From positions 29,603,240 through 29,667,239 of the forward strand of contig JARFYF010000022.1 of assembly GCA_030265395.1 (NCBI GenBank): a DNA stretch of 64,000 bases. Direction: 5' to 3'. The position numbers were made by a program, and so were the translations under genes. The stretch is from Rhina ancylostomus (taxonomy: Eukaryota). The notes under the pieces are model-generated. The model was given only the letters and a program-made list of their open reading frames with translations. It did not search any database and was not told where the DNA came from. This document shows, piece after piece, positions 50,801 through 63,080 of the stretch (position 1 is its first letter; the number at the start of each line of letters is the position of its first letter).

Positions 50801-53110
50801 TTCCACCTATCCTTACTTTTAAATCTGTCCATGCTGGCATTCCATCCTATCATTATCACCTCCTCCGGTCCTACAAACCTTCGAGAACCCTGTATTCCCT
50901 CAACTGTGGTCTCTTGCACATCCCTGTTGCTTGCTGTTCCATAATTGACAATCATATTTTCAGCTGCTTGGATCCAAAATTCCCAAATTAATCCTCTCTG
51001 CCTTCCTATATCTCTTTTCCCTCTTAAACTATCTCTGTAACTGCACAACTTTTCTCCAGTCTTTTTATGCTAGGGTGTCACTTTGGGGAAGTTACTACAT
51101 TGAAGGTACTATATAAATGCATGATATTGTTGTAGTTGAAGGTGGAAGTTATAAAGGATTGAATGAAGATTGCCGTAGTAGATAAGTTGAGGCACAAGTA
51201 CTTTCCTCTGTGCTTCCCCGGCTCTTGAAGAAAATAATCAACTGGATTCCTTCCAAGATCATGTTACACTCCCAAAGAGAGCACAGAAGCTGCTGAATGA
51301 TGGCTTTTGCAATCCTTTATGAAGGTTTCAGATATCATTTCAAGATCAATTTTGCTCAGTTTTAGGTTTAAGAAATTGTTTCTAACATCTGGGCAACAGC
51401 AGATGGGAGCCCTGAGAAGAACAACTGTTTTTTTCTGTATAAAATTCATCCATTCTTGATTTCAACTGAGGCAATTTCAATTAAAATACCAGAGAAAAAG
51501 GTTTTGCATGAATGCATTAAACAATCAAACACAACATTCACATGTGTGAAAAGTTAAGGAGAAATAATTTTAATAAACTGATAAACTAATTTTATTAAAT
51601 TTCTAATTTAACTTTACTCACAGTGAAAAATATACACCCATAATCCAGTGACAATAATAAACCAATACCAATATTTTAGGATAAACTACATAAGTAATAC
51701 AACAAATATACAGGACACTAAAATTTAATTTTGTCTATGTTAAAAGTATTATTGGAATAGTAATCTAAAGCTCAATGAATTAAGTGGAGATGTGTCCCCC
51801 ATGTAACTATATAACAGTCATAATTATTAATGCAATATGGAAAGTGTTACCTATGTTAGAGATTCCTAATCCCTTTCTACAAGTCACATGGCCAATAAAT
51901 GCATTTCCTAATGTTACATTGCTCATGTTTACACTTGCTGATATCACTAGACAAATGTCATCAAGCAACACAACCTTGAACTCAGTTGCTTGAGTTATTC
52001 AGTGACTAATAAGTACCTGAAATATTAGATATAGAATAAAAATATTCACTCTGATGGAAAGTCAATAAATCAAATTCCCAGCAAAACATTACACTTTCTA
52101 TAAATTCAGCTAAGCTTTTATTAATCAGTGTCTGGTATTTTCTGATGTCATTTAAACCTTGACATTGCATACAGTTTGTTGTAGCTGCCTTGTGCCTCTN
52201 NNNGTATAACCGTATAATAAATAAACTTAACATTTGCTAACTTCTAAAATTGCAGACTAAATATTCCTTTATTACAGTGACCCCATCCAGGCTGTGCTTT
52301 TTGCATTGTTAGATTTTTACTACAGTACTTTAAACAAACATTCATGCTAGTGCAAGCTAAAGTTGTTCAAGAGAAACTTCAACAGTTCAGCATTGAGCAG
52401 CGTGGTGTGCTGTGTATGTAACCTTGTTGGTTAATGATAAAAGCAGTTGTTAATAGTTCTATTGTAACCTAATCTTCTGGACAGCCATTGGACCTTTAAA
52501 TGTCCTGGGTCACATGGAACCATTTTTCATTATCTAGGCAAGTTTTAAGGGGCTATCTTTAATTTATAGCCTCAGCTGAACTTGTAAATAGCATTAGATA
52601 AGCACAGGGAAATAAATCAACCAACAGGAATAAAACAGTTCTTTCAGTGCTGAATGCTTTGTCACGTAGATTCAGATAAAATGTAGAAAAAAGACATTGG
52701 CTTACAATAAACTTGTCCTGAGTATAACTTTTCTTTAAAAACATTCTGTTTTTCCTTACTTCTCTGACTGTAGATATTGACTTACTCACTCTCTCTCAGG
52801 AATGACTCCATGAATATTGATAGGCTCTTTGATAATTTGCCCAGAGTAATTCTACATGTGTGAGCCAATGAATATAGACATACTATTCAACTGTGGAATG
52901 TATCACAGCTGATGTTGTCCAAACTTTCTATGCACCACATACTCAGACTGTTCAGCTTGAATCCCTGGGACATGAATATCAGCAGGAAGCTGAACTTCAC
53001 CTAATGCCCCTTGTCCTGGTTATTGGAAGTTTGGGCCATTCTTCTGCCGTCCATCTTGTCTTCTCTATGATCAGCTAACTCACTACAAACAAAAGAGTAA
53101 TTGTGGCATC

Positions 53111-53295
53111 AAAACAGAAATTTCTGAAGATACTCAGCAGGTTAGGCAGCATCCATGGAGAGGGAAATAGAATTAACATTTCAGTACAACTGTGATAATG
53201 AGTTATTAGCCTGATACATTAGTTCTGTTTTTCTTTCTCCACAGATGCTGCTTCATTTGCAGAGTATCTCCAGCATTTTCTGTTTTTACTTCCAG
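53111..53295. mobile_element. Penelope-derived palindromic mini-element
   Basis: aaaacagaaatttctgaagatactcagcaggttaggcagcatccatggaga is an inverted repeat of tctccacagatgctgcttcatttgcagagtatctccagcattttctgttttt. Confidence 0.7.
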
Positions 53296-54809
53296 TATAA
53301 CAGCTCCAGTATAACAGTATAATTGCTCTTCAATTAACCTTGGGGCTTTCCTGATTTTAGTAAGTTAGAACAATGATATGCAAAGTTCTGGAGATGAAAT
53401 GATGTACTGACTACCCAGTATATCTTTGTGTTTCAATCTAAAATTCATTCATCAGCTCACCAAATAAATGCTGAAAGAACTGCCTTACTGAGTGTAGAGT
53501 AGTAGCTCCCACCATCGAATGCAGAAACTGGTTTTAGAAATATAAATGAGTGACAATCTTTGCCAATGGCGTTATTGAAAATCATCTTTGGTTTACTGTT
53601 TAATCTCAGCAGAACACCATGAGTATTTGTATTATTTCTCTTGATCAAATATGGAGGATTTCTCCTTGTCTAGTAAATTAGTAATGTAGATCTGATTTCC
53701 TGCTTTGCTATTAGGATATTATACATGATTTATTGAAAATTCCTAACAACCTCATAGAATACTTAGTAAATTCATTCTGTTTTAGGATATAGTCTCCCAA
53801 CTTTGGAACTTCACCTGACCAACCTTAATTGGAGCCAGAATTGAATCAGTGCTGCATTCTTCTTCTGGGCTCCACACATTAGGTTTGTGCATTCATTTGC
53901 AATTTCTGTTTAATTGCTTATGTGTGAAACCATTTTAAGCTTTCCAAACTGGAGTTGATGACTCCATCCTATAACGCTGATATATAAAGTTAAAATAAAT
54001 ACTCACTTATTTCTTATTCTAAATGTGGCAATAAAGCAACATTTATTAGCATTAGAAGGCCATACACAAGCATTTGTGTTAACTTGGATGAAAAGAGGCT
54101 GAATATAACATCAATCAGTCTCTGCTATATCTGAAGGCACTGACTCTTTGCTGGCATGCAGTATCACATGTCTGGGCACCACCTGATACATCCACAAGTA
54201 TTGCTTCTTCTTGCCTGAGCTTCAGCTGCGTGTTTCAGCAGGATATTCAATGGGAATCACCAGAGTGAGTAGACAGGAGGGGGAGGGTGTGCTAGATAGG
54301 GAAGGGGTTTTTGTGAGAGGTGGAGTTCATATTGTGGGAAAAAATACAATGTCACATGCAGCCTGATTCTTCCCTCAGCATTCAGACACGTGTAGTTTCT
54401 ATTTCCTTTCTCTCTTCAGCATGGGTGCTGAAGCTAACTGGTTCAGTCCTGAGTGACTCAGAAATAGGATACTGGTTGACAGCTAAGACATTTCTCAGTT
54501 CAAGTGAACTTTATATAGAAATACAGTTTAAATTGGTTTGTATTGCCCTTTCTTAGTCTGTATTCCATTGGGATATTGGGTTTTCATCAGTAAATAAGTG
54601 TTTATGTAGAAAATTAAACAGGTTGACATATATACATTCCTAATTCCTGCTTTTTTATGTATTTGATGTTTACATTTTCAGTTGTTGCAGCTTTCAGAGC
54701 GTGTGTACTGCTTGCTTTGATGGTCCATCAAATCATTACGACTCCCCTTCGTTTCGATGCTCCTAATGCCTTTCAGGCTTTCAATGTCACACTGTCATGT
54801 TCTAGCCCC

Positions 54810-55172
54810 TGAATCTGAAGGGTATGGATTTGAACTCCTCTTCATTGTCTTGCACAAAAGAAATTTATACTGACACTCCAGTTTAATAATGAGGAGAATT
54901 TGCACTGTCTGAGGTTTCTTTTGGATATGATGGCCCTATCTGCTATCTCAAGTGAATGAGAAAGACACAATGGCACTAAATTCAATACTGGCCAAGATTT
55001 ATCTATCCAATAATACCACTGATACTAATTATCATGTTACTGCAATATTGAAGTTAGTGGAATTTTGCTGTGCATAAGTTGGCTGTCATCTCCAACATCA
55101 CAGCTGTAGCTTCCCATCAAGAAGTATGTTGTTGAATGTTCTTTAGGACAATATGCTTTACAAATTCAAGCT
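54810..55172 (+). mobile_element. DeuSINE/SacSINE-like element, near full length, decayed
   Basis: tRNA-like head (gaatctgaagggtatggatttgaactcc), ctgacactccagt, Deu core (ggccctatctgc...atggcacta...tggccaagatttatc) and L2-type tail. Confidence 0.6.
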
Positions 55173-55379
55173 CTGTATTACTTGAAACTCCTTACTAGAG
55201 CACAGAGACAACAAGGATGAGAATATTTTAGATTAGGAAAGAAGTCAAAAATATTTTAGGAAGATAAAGGGGAATTGCAAAAGTAAACAATGAAGGAATA
55301 TAAAAGAAAAACATATACATAATAGCAGGATATGGACAGGGCAAAGAACAGATACACTCGATAAACTCACAAGTGAAGT

Positions 55380-55712
55380 TGAAATAACAAAAATACTAAA
55401 TATTTACTGTGCTTTGACATATACCAGGGAAACTAATATGCCTGTTGTAAAAAAATCTAAAATAATTCAAAGACTTTTAAACTACAAGGGAAGAGACAAT
55501 GGTCAAACTAATTAGATTTAGAGAGGTTAAATGCTTGGACAAACAGCAAGAAGTACTATTACATATACATAGACATTGACGAAGAAAAGGAACAAAGCCT
55601 GTGCACTAGTGGACAGTAAGTGTGATTCCAAAATTCAAGAAGGATGATCGAGCAGGTCTGGGAAACAACAGACAAATTAGCTTAATGTCAATGGTAGGAA
55701 ACAAAAGCACAA
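55380..55712 (+). mobile_element. CR1 RT N-terminal fragment
   Basis: ~VIPKFKKDDRAGLGNNRQISLMSMVG (PIFKKG...GNYRPISLTS motif). Confidence 0.6.
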
Positions 55713-55713
55713 A

Positions 55714-55930
55714 AGAACACAGGAAGTAAGAGCAGGAGTAAGTTATATAGTCCCTCAAGTCTGCCTCACCATTCAATGAGATCACTGGTGATCTGATCTT
55801 CAGCCTCAAATGAGCTCCCCTAGTTATCCCTATAACTTGAGTCACTTGCAGTCCAAAAATCTGAATTTATGTAATAATTCAGCATCCAGTTACCTGGGAT
55901 AGAGAATTCCAGGGATTCACAACCCTCCCT
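55714..55930 (-). mobile_element. CR1 LINE 3' end
   Basis: gaacacaggaagtaagagcaggagta...ccattcaatgagatcac...gggatagagaattccagggattcacaaccctc, a reverse CR1 tail. Confidence 0.7.
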
Positions 55931-56049
55931 ATACTGATCCTGTGGTTCTCTAGTTCCTTGTCACCCTTCAGTCATGTTCTGTGTCGATTCTTGGATGTCT
56001 TCAGTCATGTTCTGTGTCGATTCTTCTTCAACAATTGTGAGACTCCCCT

Positions 56050-57200
56050 GAGAAACTGAAACTTCCATTCCTGCTCCCTACCTTCCTGGGCATCTTGGTT
56101 GAGATCAAGTGGCAGTTACGTCCCTTCCTGAATCTCTGCAGGATAATCCTTGGAATTGTATATCCTCACCACTCTCCAATATACTAGTTCCTCACGCCTG
56201 CTCTGTGTGGTAGTATTGACGCACAAACATTATAATGTAAACTCTTTCCTTCATAGCATGTATTGTCTTGCTTACTTTGTTTCAACTACTTTTCTTCACC
56301 AAATTTGTTTGAACCTGACTCAGAGCAATCCTGAATCCCAAGGTTATCAGCATTTCTGCAGAAAGTTATCTTGTTGTGGAAAGCAGCATTGATCTGTAGC
56401 TCAAGAGATATTGGTAAGTAATGGTTCATAATTGGATTTGACTTGCCTCGCACAACTTGCTTCTTTGGTCCCTCTCTCATTGCATGTGGTGGTCTCTCAG
56501 ATTTTCCATTTGAGGCTGGATTTGAAGCTATAGTTGTCACCATTTCCTTCCACAAACTGATAAAATTGAAATTTCTGAAATTGCAGGCCAATATCCAATA
56601 CAATTGCCTTGAGAAGACCACGTGTTGTAAAAATGGATCTCAAATGAGTTCTTCCCTAGTATGTTCAGGAGTGGTGTATGAGTCTGCATATTTTACTTCA
56701 ATCCACTTTTAATGCCTGTCCTCCAACACCCAGATGTTGTTCATGCTAACCTCACAATAGTCTAAATGGACACACTGAGGAGGCCTCATGGGTCACTTCC
56801 ACAATTGGAGCGGTACTCTTGGTGATAGTAATCTGTAGTCTTGGCAGAGTGTGCACTTGCTGGCCAGCTCTTCCAGATCCTCTCTACAAGCCGTTGCTTT
56901 CATTTTGGCAATGTTCAAATGCTTGAAGTGAGGTTCTTACACTATTCTGTGCCATGGTTTCTTTGGACATTACTGCTCTAGAACATCATTTGATGTAGCA
57001 CTGATGTGTGGACAGCCTGTAATACCTTTGATGGAAGAGCATTATATTCTGATTGCAACATGTGTCAGAATCAGTATAATCACATCCTTGATTTACTGCT
57101 GGATCATTCTCCATCAATGTTGCTATTTTAATCTTCATTCTGATGATAAGGCTTTCTACAAGCAGTGCTTCTGAGATATCATCCTTTTCTATTCAACACT
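56050..57200 (-). mobile_element. Ty3/Gypsy integrase relic without recognisable LTRs
   Basis: Minus strand: H...HLNIAKMKA...KCTLCQ (HHCC), PLQLWK*PMRPPQCVHLDY...KWIEV, RSIFTTRGL..IVLDIGLQF, PASNGKSER (DDE core). Confidence 0.75.
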
Positions 57201-57249
57201 GTCTTCCTCTCTACCTTGTTCATGGGGCTTTCAATGACGTTCATTCTGT

Positions 57250-58345
57250 TACCTGCACTTCTGCTCTCACCATCCCTCCTCCTAGCCAGAACAAGGATAA
57301 ATTAACCTTGTCCTAACCTTCCATCTCATCAGGCTTCACAGTCAAGGGATCATCCTCTGTAATTTCCACCACCTTCAATGAAATTCTACTAGCAAACACA
57401 TCTTATCCCATGCCCTCCATTTTCAGCTTTACAAAGGGACCATTGCCTTAATGACTGACTGGTTCACTCTTCGATCACAGTACTTGCCCAAGCAATCACA
57501 GAAGAGGCAACTGTTATTCTTTTATCTCTTCCCTGCCCACCATCCAGAGACACAAACCGTTCTTACAAACTAAGTAGTAATTCATTTGCACTTCTTCTAA
57601 TTTAGTGATTGTATTTGGTGCACACAGTATGGTTTCCTTTACACTGGAAAAATGACAAGAACATTGGGGGACTGCTTTGCCAAGCAATTCCATTCCGTTC
57701 TCAAAAGTGACCTTCACCTTCCAGTTGCCTGTCACTTTAATTCTTCACCTCACTCTCATTTTGATCCCTTTGTCTTTGGCCTCTACACTGTTCCTATGAA
57801 GCTCAATGTAAGCTTGAGGAACAGCACCTCATCTCCCATTCAGGTACACTGCAGCCCTTAGGACTCAGTATTGAATTTAATACTTTCTGATAATCATTCT
57901 TTCCTGTTTGAGTCAGAACTGGTCAAATCTGAGGTGAGGTCATCCATATGTAACTTTAGTTCATGATTTCTACCTATCTGATGCTACCTGATAGGCCTGG
58001 GTATTTTCAGTATTCTGTTTTATTTCAGATTTCTTGCAGTTGCTGTGTTCTGCATCCCACAGTTCAAATACGATTTATTTTATTTTGCCCTCCTACTCTC
58101 ATTTGTTTCTCTTTTTGACACCTGACCAATATCAGTCTTCACCCTGATACAGACATTCTGTTCACTCCATTCCACCTCACCCCACCTACAATTTAAAACA
58201 TGCTTATTTTCTCCATTTTCCAGTTCTAATAAAAGCTTATCAACCTGAAATGTTGACTATGTTTGTCTCTCCACAGGCACTGCCCAGTCTGCTGAACATC
58301 TCCAGTATTTCCTATTTTTGTTGCAAATTTCCAGCAATTGCAGTT
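57250..58345 (+). mobile_element. Penelope-like element: GIY-YIG endonuclease relic plus tandem pLTRs
   Basis: ~FICTSSNLV..IWCTQYGFLYTGK..RTLGDCFAKQ...LPVACHFNSSPHSH, followed by pLTR motifs at ~57920-58050 and 58200-58345. Confidence 0.8.
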
Positions 58346-58884
58346 TTTTTTTGTTTTTTGATTGCTATTTCCACCATCATTACAAGAAAATCATTCTTGA
58401 CTCTCTTTAGAATGAACATTGCATTCTTTATGTCTGTATCAGGGACTTCATATGACAATCATGATTGTGCATCCACTGTGTCATTCTGCTTGGATGCTCC
58501 ATATTCAATATAATTATACTGTGACAGGAGAAAGACTGCTGCTGTATCCTTAATGCCAATATTGTGGGAATTATGGACTTGGGTCCAAGAATGACCTTCA
58601 AATGTTTGTGGTTGGTGAACATTGTGGTCAAATAGCAAAAACTGAATGAACCTTGTGATCCCAAATACTTTTCCCAATGCCTTCTTTTCCAGTTCAGTGA
58701 TCAGTATATTCATATTGATATACTAATCCTTAAATTTCACTTTATTTTAAAATTAACGCTGTTTCCATAGTTGCTGCTCATGGCACGTGTGATGATTAAG
58801 CTTCGCTCTTCATACTGTTCATCAACTTCTTTGTGCTTTCTGTTATCAAAGTTGTTCAAGGTCACCAAATATAGGTGAGGGTCC

Positions 58885-59850
58885 TTTCACAGAGTTACAG
58901 CATGGAAGGAGCCCAATTAGTGCACACTGGCTCTGTATAGCTAGTCCCATTGTCTATCCTCTCCCAAAGGCTCTGCAAATCCTTTCCTTTCAAGTATTTA
59001 ATCCGGCTCCATTTTGACTGCCACAGTTGAATCTGCCTCCACTTCTCCCTATTCTGTGAATTCTAGATCCAAAATACTGAGTGTGGGTCGAGGTTTTCCT
59101 TGTGACACTTTTGGTTCCTTGGCCAATTACCTCTGATTGACATCCTCTGGTTCCTCACCCCTTTGATATTGCAATAATTTATTTCCATCTGCCTATAACT
59201 TTTGTGGTTTTAAATACCTCTACCAGATCCCCTCGAAAATGCATCTCTTCTAAATTGAAGTGTTTCATTCTGGAACTATAAAATTGTTACATGTTTAGGC
59301 AGGGTGGATGTGGAAAGGATGTTTCCTCTTGTAGGAAAACCCAGAACTGAGGGTTACCATTTAAAAATTAGGGGATGCCTATTTAAAATAGAGCTGGGGT
59401 GAATTTTGTTTTACTCTCAGCAGATGGTAAGTCTTTGGAACTCTCTTCCTCAAAAGACAGTGAAAGCAGAGTCTTGGAATATTTTTAAGGCAAGGTACGT
59501 AGATACTTGATAAGCAAGGGGGTGAAACATCACCATAGGAAGATGGGAATGTGGTTTTGAGGTTATAAATTGATAACGCATGGTCTTATTAAATGGTGGA
59601 ACAAGTTTGAGTTGCTGACTGACCTACTCCTGCTTCTGCTCCAAATTTATATGTTAATACATTCATATGTTCATATTCTAGGGAATCTCCTCTGCATCCT
59701 TCCTAATGCCTTCATATTGCCTAATGTGTAATGCCCAGAACTGGACATGACCAGTGTCAGAAGCTATGTTATATAAACTTCTTTGTTCTTGTACTCCATT
59801 TACCTCTACCTTAAAAGCCCAAGATCTCATATGCTTTATCAATCTGCAGG
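58885..59850 (-). mobile_element. CR1 3' fragment (-) interrupted by an opposite-strand CR1 3' end (59290-59640, +)
   Basis: 59680-59850 reads VQFWALHIR...KDAEEI on minus and resumes at ~59270; the insert reads RVDVERMFPLVG..RT.GYHLKIRG with a CR1 3'UTR. Confidence 0.7.
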
Positions 59851-60381
59851 ACAGGGTCCAGGGATGGAAGTAAATCATTTACATATCATGCAGACCTTTC
59901 AGTTTTAAACTCATATTGACCTGGGAATGCCTAACAAAGAGTGCAATACACCAGCTTCTGTACAATGCACCAAAAGGAGTGTAGTATGGGGAATAATATC
60001 ATCATATGCATTCCTGACACAGAGGTCGCTCCAGATGTTGGTAGTTTGTCTCACAACAAGAAATTCTGGGTCAAATTTTCTGAATTTTAACAAAATGACC
60101 CAGAAATTGTCATTATCATGTTTCACTTATGAAAAGAGTCAATTTTCAATTGGATAATTTTGGATAGCAAAATATTTTTATGCAATTAAATTTCTATGTA
60201 ATGGAATCACCAGAATGGGGCAAGACACACTTATTCGAACTATACTGGAATGTGAAATTATAACAATCAGGAAAGGTTGACAGGTTTGGGGATTTTTCTG
60301 TCGGGACAAAGACAATTTGTCCTGATAGAAATCTTTAAGGTTATGAAGAGGTTTGAAGGGATAATCATTGGGAAGGGAAGG

Positions 60382-60677
60382 TAAGATAAGACTTGTTTAT
60401 TAGTCACATGTACATTGAAACACACAGTGAAATGCATCTTTTGCATAGAGTGTTTTGGCGGCAGCCCGCAAGTGTCACCATGATTCCAGCGCCAACACAG
60501 CACACCCACAACTTCCTAACCTGTACGTCTTTGGAATGTGGGAGGAAACCAGAGCACCAAGAGGAAACCCAGGCAGACACGAGGAGAATATACAAACTCC
60601 TTACAGACAGTGGCGGGAATTGAACCCGGGTCGCTGGCACTGTAAAGTGTTACACTAACCGCTGCACTACTGCGCCT
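60382..60677 (-). mobile_element. V-SINE (tRNA-derived), young full-length copy inserted in an old CR1 fragment
   Basis: A and B boxes, V-domain, (TCTTA)n-like tail; closely similar to 25972-26266; flanks 60180-60380 and 60700-60800 are CR1-like. Confidence 0.9.
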
Positions 60678-61297
60678 GCTCCTACATGGGCATGCACCTG
60701 CACCTACATGGGGGTATGACCAGAATTAAGGATCTTAAATGTAATATAGTTGTTAACAGGTTTGGAGAGAAGTTCAGTGAAACCTCATCACCCAGAGCAT
60801 GGCNNNNNNNNNNNNNNNNNNNNNNNNNNNNNNNNNNNNNNNNNNNNNNNNNNNNNNNNNNNNNNNNNNNNNNNNNNNNNNNNNNNNNNNNNNNNNNNNN
60901 NNNAGAATGTGAAACACATTACCACATTAGAACCCAATAAAGTTTTAAGTAGGACAGGGAATAGGCCATTCAACCCATCACTCCACTTTGCTGATTTTTT
61001 ACTACAACTTCAGTTTCTAGCATAATCCCCATGACCCTTGATTACCCTAATATCCAAAAATCTGTCAACCTATGGGTTTCCATTGATCTATTTAAATGCA
61101 AACTACGTAATGAAATAATGGAATGGCTGCTGGTATTAAGGCAAGCCTTAACAGAAGAAATCAGAGTCATACAGGCAGAGAGAATTCTAGAGAATCAACA
61201 ATAAGCTGCTAAAGGCAGGGTCACCAATGGAGGAGTGATTAAGTGGGGCATGAGCAAGAGGCCAGAGCTGATGGAAGGCAAAGATGTTGTATTGTGG

Positions 61298-61450
61298 TGG
61301 CAATGTGATAATTGCCAGATAATCTGTTTCAGTATTGAGAGATAAATATTAGCCAGGACTCCAGGGAGCAATCTCCAGCTCTTCATTGAAATGGAGCCTT
61401 ATGGTCTTTCATGTTTACCTGTGAAAGCAGATGTGATCTTGATTTAACTG
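61298..61450 (-). mobile_element. DeuSINE core fragment
   Basis: gataaatattagccaggactccagggagcaatctccagctcttc...tggtctttcatgtttacctgtgaaagcag. Confidence 0.6.
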
Positions 61451-62129
61451 TTTGTTAATCTTTTTGATTTCTTCAGTCAGCCATCAGTGTGTTTAGCCTC
61501 GAATGCTTAAAAGTGTAGGAAATAACATGTTCCATGCTGTTAAAATCTTCCCAACTTCTAGGCAAATGCACACAAATCTGCAATGGCTTGGTGCTAACAG
61601 GAAGGCAGGTGGTGCAGATGTCTTCCTGCAGTTGTGGTAAGGGATATTTTAGAGAAGGATTTTAGCCTCAAAGAGGTAGAAATGAAAGAATAGAATGGGT
61701 AGAGTGATGAACACTCAGAATAAGTGGAAAAATGGATGGCTAAAAATAAGCAAGCAGTCAGTCAGGGATAAAGAGAAAAGATGTGCTTTGTCCTTTGGAT
61801 ATTAACCATCCTAGTTGGCCATAGTGCCAGTTTTTTGTTGATATTCTGGGCAGATCTTTCATCAGAGGATATATAGATCAAATTATCCAATAGAAAAAAA
61901 CTTGAAAGCTAATTTTAGAGTACTGATAAAATGGAGAGAAACAAGGGAACAATTTACGTTGGAGATTAGGAGTGAAGGAAGGAGCACACAACTGCCCTTT
62001 TTCATTATTTAACAATTGTTTTCTGCAGGCTTGCAATCAAAGGCAAGGAATTACATTTCGCCTAAGCTACATTCACAGATGCATGAAGCAAAACATATGG
62101 ATGGTTACATCCTCTTCTTAGCTATTGCC

Positions 62130-62515
62130 TCGGGATCAGGAGCAGAATGCTTACCCTCCAGTTTTGTGGGTTGTGAGGTGGCTAGTAAGGCCAATGTGGG
62201 AATGGCAGATTTTTCCATAGGTAGGGCACTGGAGCCTGATGGGATAGGCGGATAGTGCTGGTGCACAATTTTTTCCCTTACACAGGGTTCTGCATGCTCC
62301 AAACACATGATCTTGAAGTTCTCAATGCCCTCCTGAATGCTCCTTCTCACGTTGAGTGGTGATGGGCCAGATATTCCCAGGAGTTGGTGGAAATATTGCA
62401 CTTATTCAAGGAGGCTTTGAGTACATCCTTTTTTCTCTACCCATCTGACAATCTCCTTCCACGACAGAGCTTAGAATGCAGTGCCTATTTTGGAATCTGG
62501 TGTCAGACATGAGGA
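62130..62515 (-). mobile_element. RTE LINE 3' end
   Basis: ORF 62105-62401 has RRSIQEGIENFK; homologous to 2300-2700. Confidence 0.7.
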
Positions 62516-62977
62516 CACATAAGAAGAATAGTACTTAGTTTATTCACGTATTAAGGACATATCAATCTACAGCCAGGGTACTGCCCAGACTCGCCGTCCA
62601 AGGTGCTTGCTCACACAGACTTGCTTGTTCTGATGCAGAGGGTCAGATGACCTGATCACTATGCCAGAGAGGTGTCCTGCAAAGTGGAGGAGATTCCAAA
62701 TGATGACTAGCCCACAGGCAGCCTAACCTGAGCCCCTGCCCCAAATGCCACTGCTGTCAAAGACTTCTGACCTATTTTTAATTGTCTTTGATTAAGACAC
62801 TTCAAAAACTCCTCAAATAGATTTAAATTATTTTTAAAAACATAGATTATTTTAAGACACTTTGGGAAATAGAAAAGTAGTTTTAACTAATAACTTAAAT
62901 GACCAATAAATAATTAAAAGACATTAAATAGGGTAAAATAAACACAATTACCTTTCACACAGAGGGAACAGTGCCAT

Positions 62978-63080
62978 TCAAATCGAAGTCTAGTTTATTG
63001 TCTTATGAACAAGTACATGTATGCACAGGTGCAATGAAAAACTTACTTACAGCAGCAACACAGGCATATAGCCTCATATG
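62978..63080 (-). mobile_element. Short Rex1/Babar-type 3' tail
   Basis: tcgaagtctagtttattgtc...caggtgcaatgaaaaacttacttacagcagc, similar in layout to the tail at 2838-2900. Confidence 0.45.

Larger units (their letters stand above)
49440..51130 (+). mobile_element. L2 LINE 3' fragment split by a SINE and an LTR
   Basis: accttcatccatgcctttatc (TFIHAFI)...caattttaaaattctc before the insert, resuming ttttaaatctgtccatg...aaggtactatataaatgcatg after it. Confidence 0.6.
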
